Origin: Eledone cirrhosa
Taxonomy: Eukaryota
Length of the DNA stretch: 11,038 nucleotides
Assembly: GCA_964016885.1 (NCBI GenBank)
Contig: CAXHJY010001073.1
Coordinates: 1-11,038, forward strand
Direction of reading: 5' to 3'
The notes beneath the pieces are model-generated. The model worked only from the letters and a program-made list of their open reading frames with translations. It had not been told where the DNA came from and made no database searches. How positions within the stretch are numbered: the stretch's first letter is position 1; every line of letters starts with the position of its first letter. The translations under genes were made by a program, and so were the position numbers. Shown in pieces: positions 9,961 through 11,038 of this stretch.

Positions 9961-10027
9961 CAACAAGGGCGGTGCCCCAGCATGGCCTCAGCCGGATGGC
10001 TGAAACAGGTAAAAGAGTAAAAGAGTA
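9961..10027 (+). other. LINE 3' UTR with stem-loop and (GTAAAAGA)n tail
   Basis: Hairpin TCAGCC-GGAT-GGCTGA (9988-10003); tail GTAAAAGA GTAAAAGA GTA (10009-10027) merging into (TA)n. Confidence 0.85.

Positions 10028-11038
<1,011 letters not shown>

Larger units (their letters stand above)
6531..10027 (+). mobile_element. 5'-truncated non-LTR retrotransposon (LINE), CR1/L2 group, inserted in (TA)n
   Basis: ORF1 remnant, APE-RT ORF2 with no evident RNase H or C-terminal CCHC knuckle, short 3' UTR with a stem-loop and a tandem-repeat tail instead of poly(A). The exact clade needs an RT phylogeny. Confidence 0.92.

Overview
Eukaryotic, repeat-derived window with no host gene; the very long (TA)n arrays and the element types suggest an invertebrate such as a decapod crustacean (inference only). 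Layout: (1) 1-2224, a mostly non-coding segment ending in a variant (U3-A8 core) type I hammerhead ribozyme, probably Penelope-like; (2) TA arrays at 2225-3359 and 3551-5159 around a 191-bp island; (3) 5160-6502, a non-coding element built from a 482-bp structured monomer present about 1.4 times in each orientation, forming a near-perfect fold-back (622-bp arms, 43-bp spacer) with one minimal type I hammerhead per arm (retrozyme/Penelope-like); (4) about 6531-10027, a 5'-truncated CR1/L2-group LINE with a CCCH-zinc-finger ORF1 remnant and an uninterrupted APE+RT ORF2. ORF2 has no AUG upstream of its first endonuclease motif and lies in the -1 frame behind an HIV-type AAU UUU UUA slippery site, a candidate programmed -1 frameshift; (5) a TA array to the window end. 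All pairings and coordinates were worked out by hand; nothing was searched or folded computationally.
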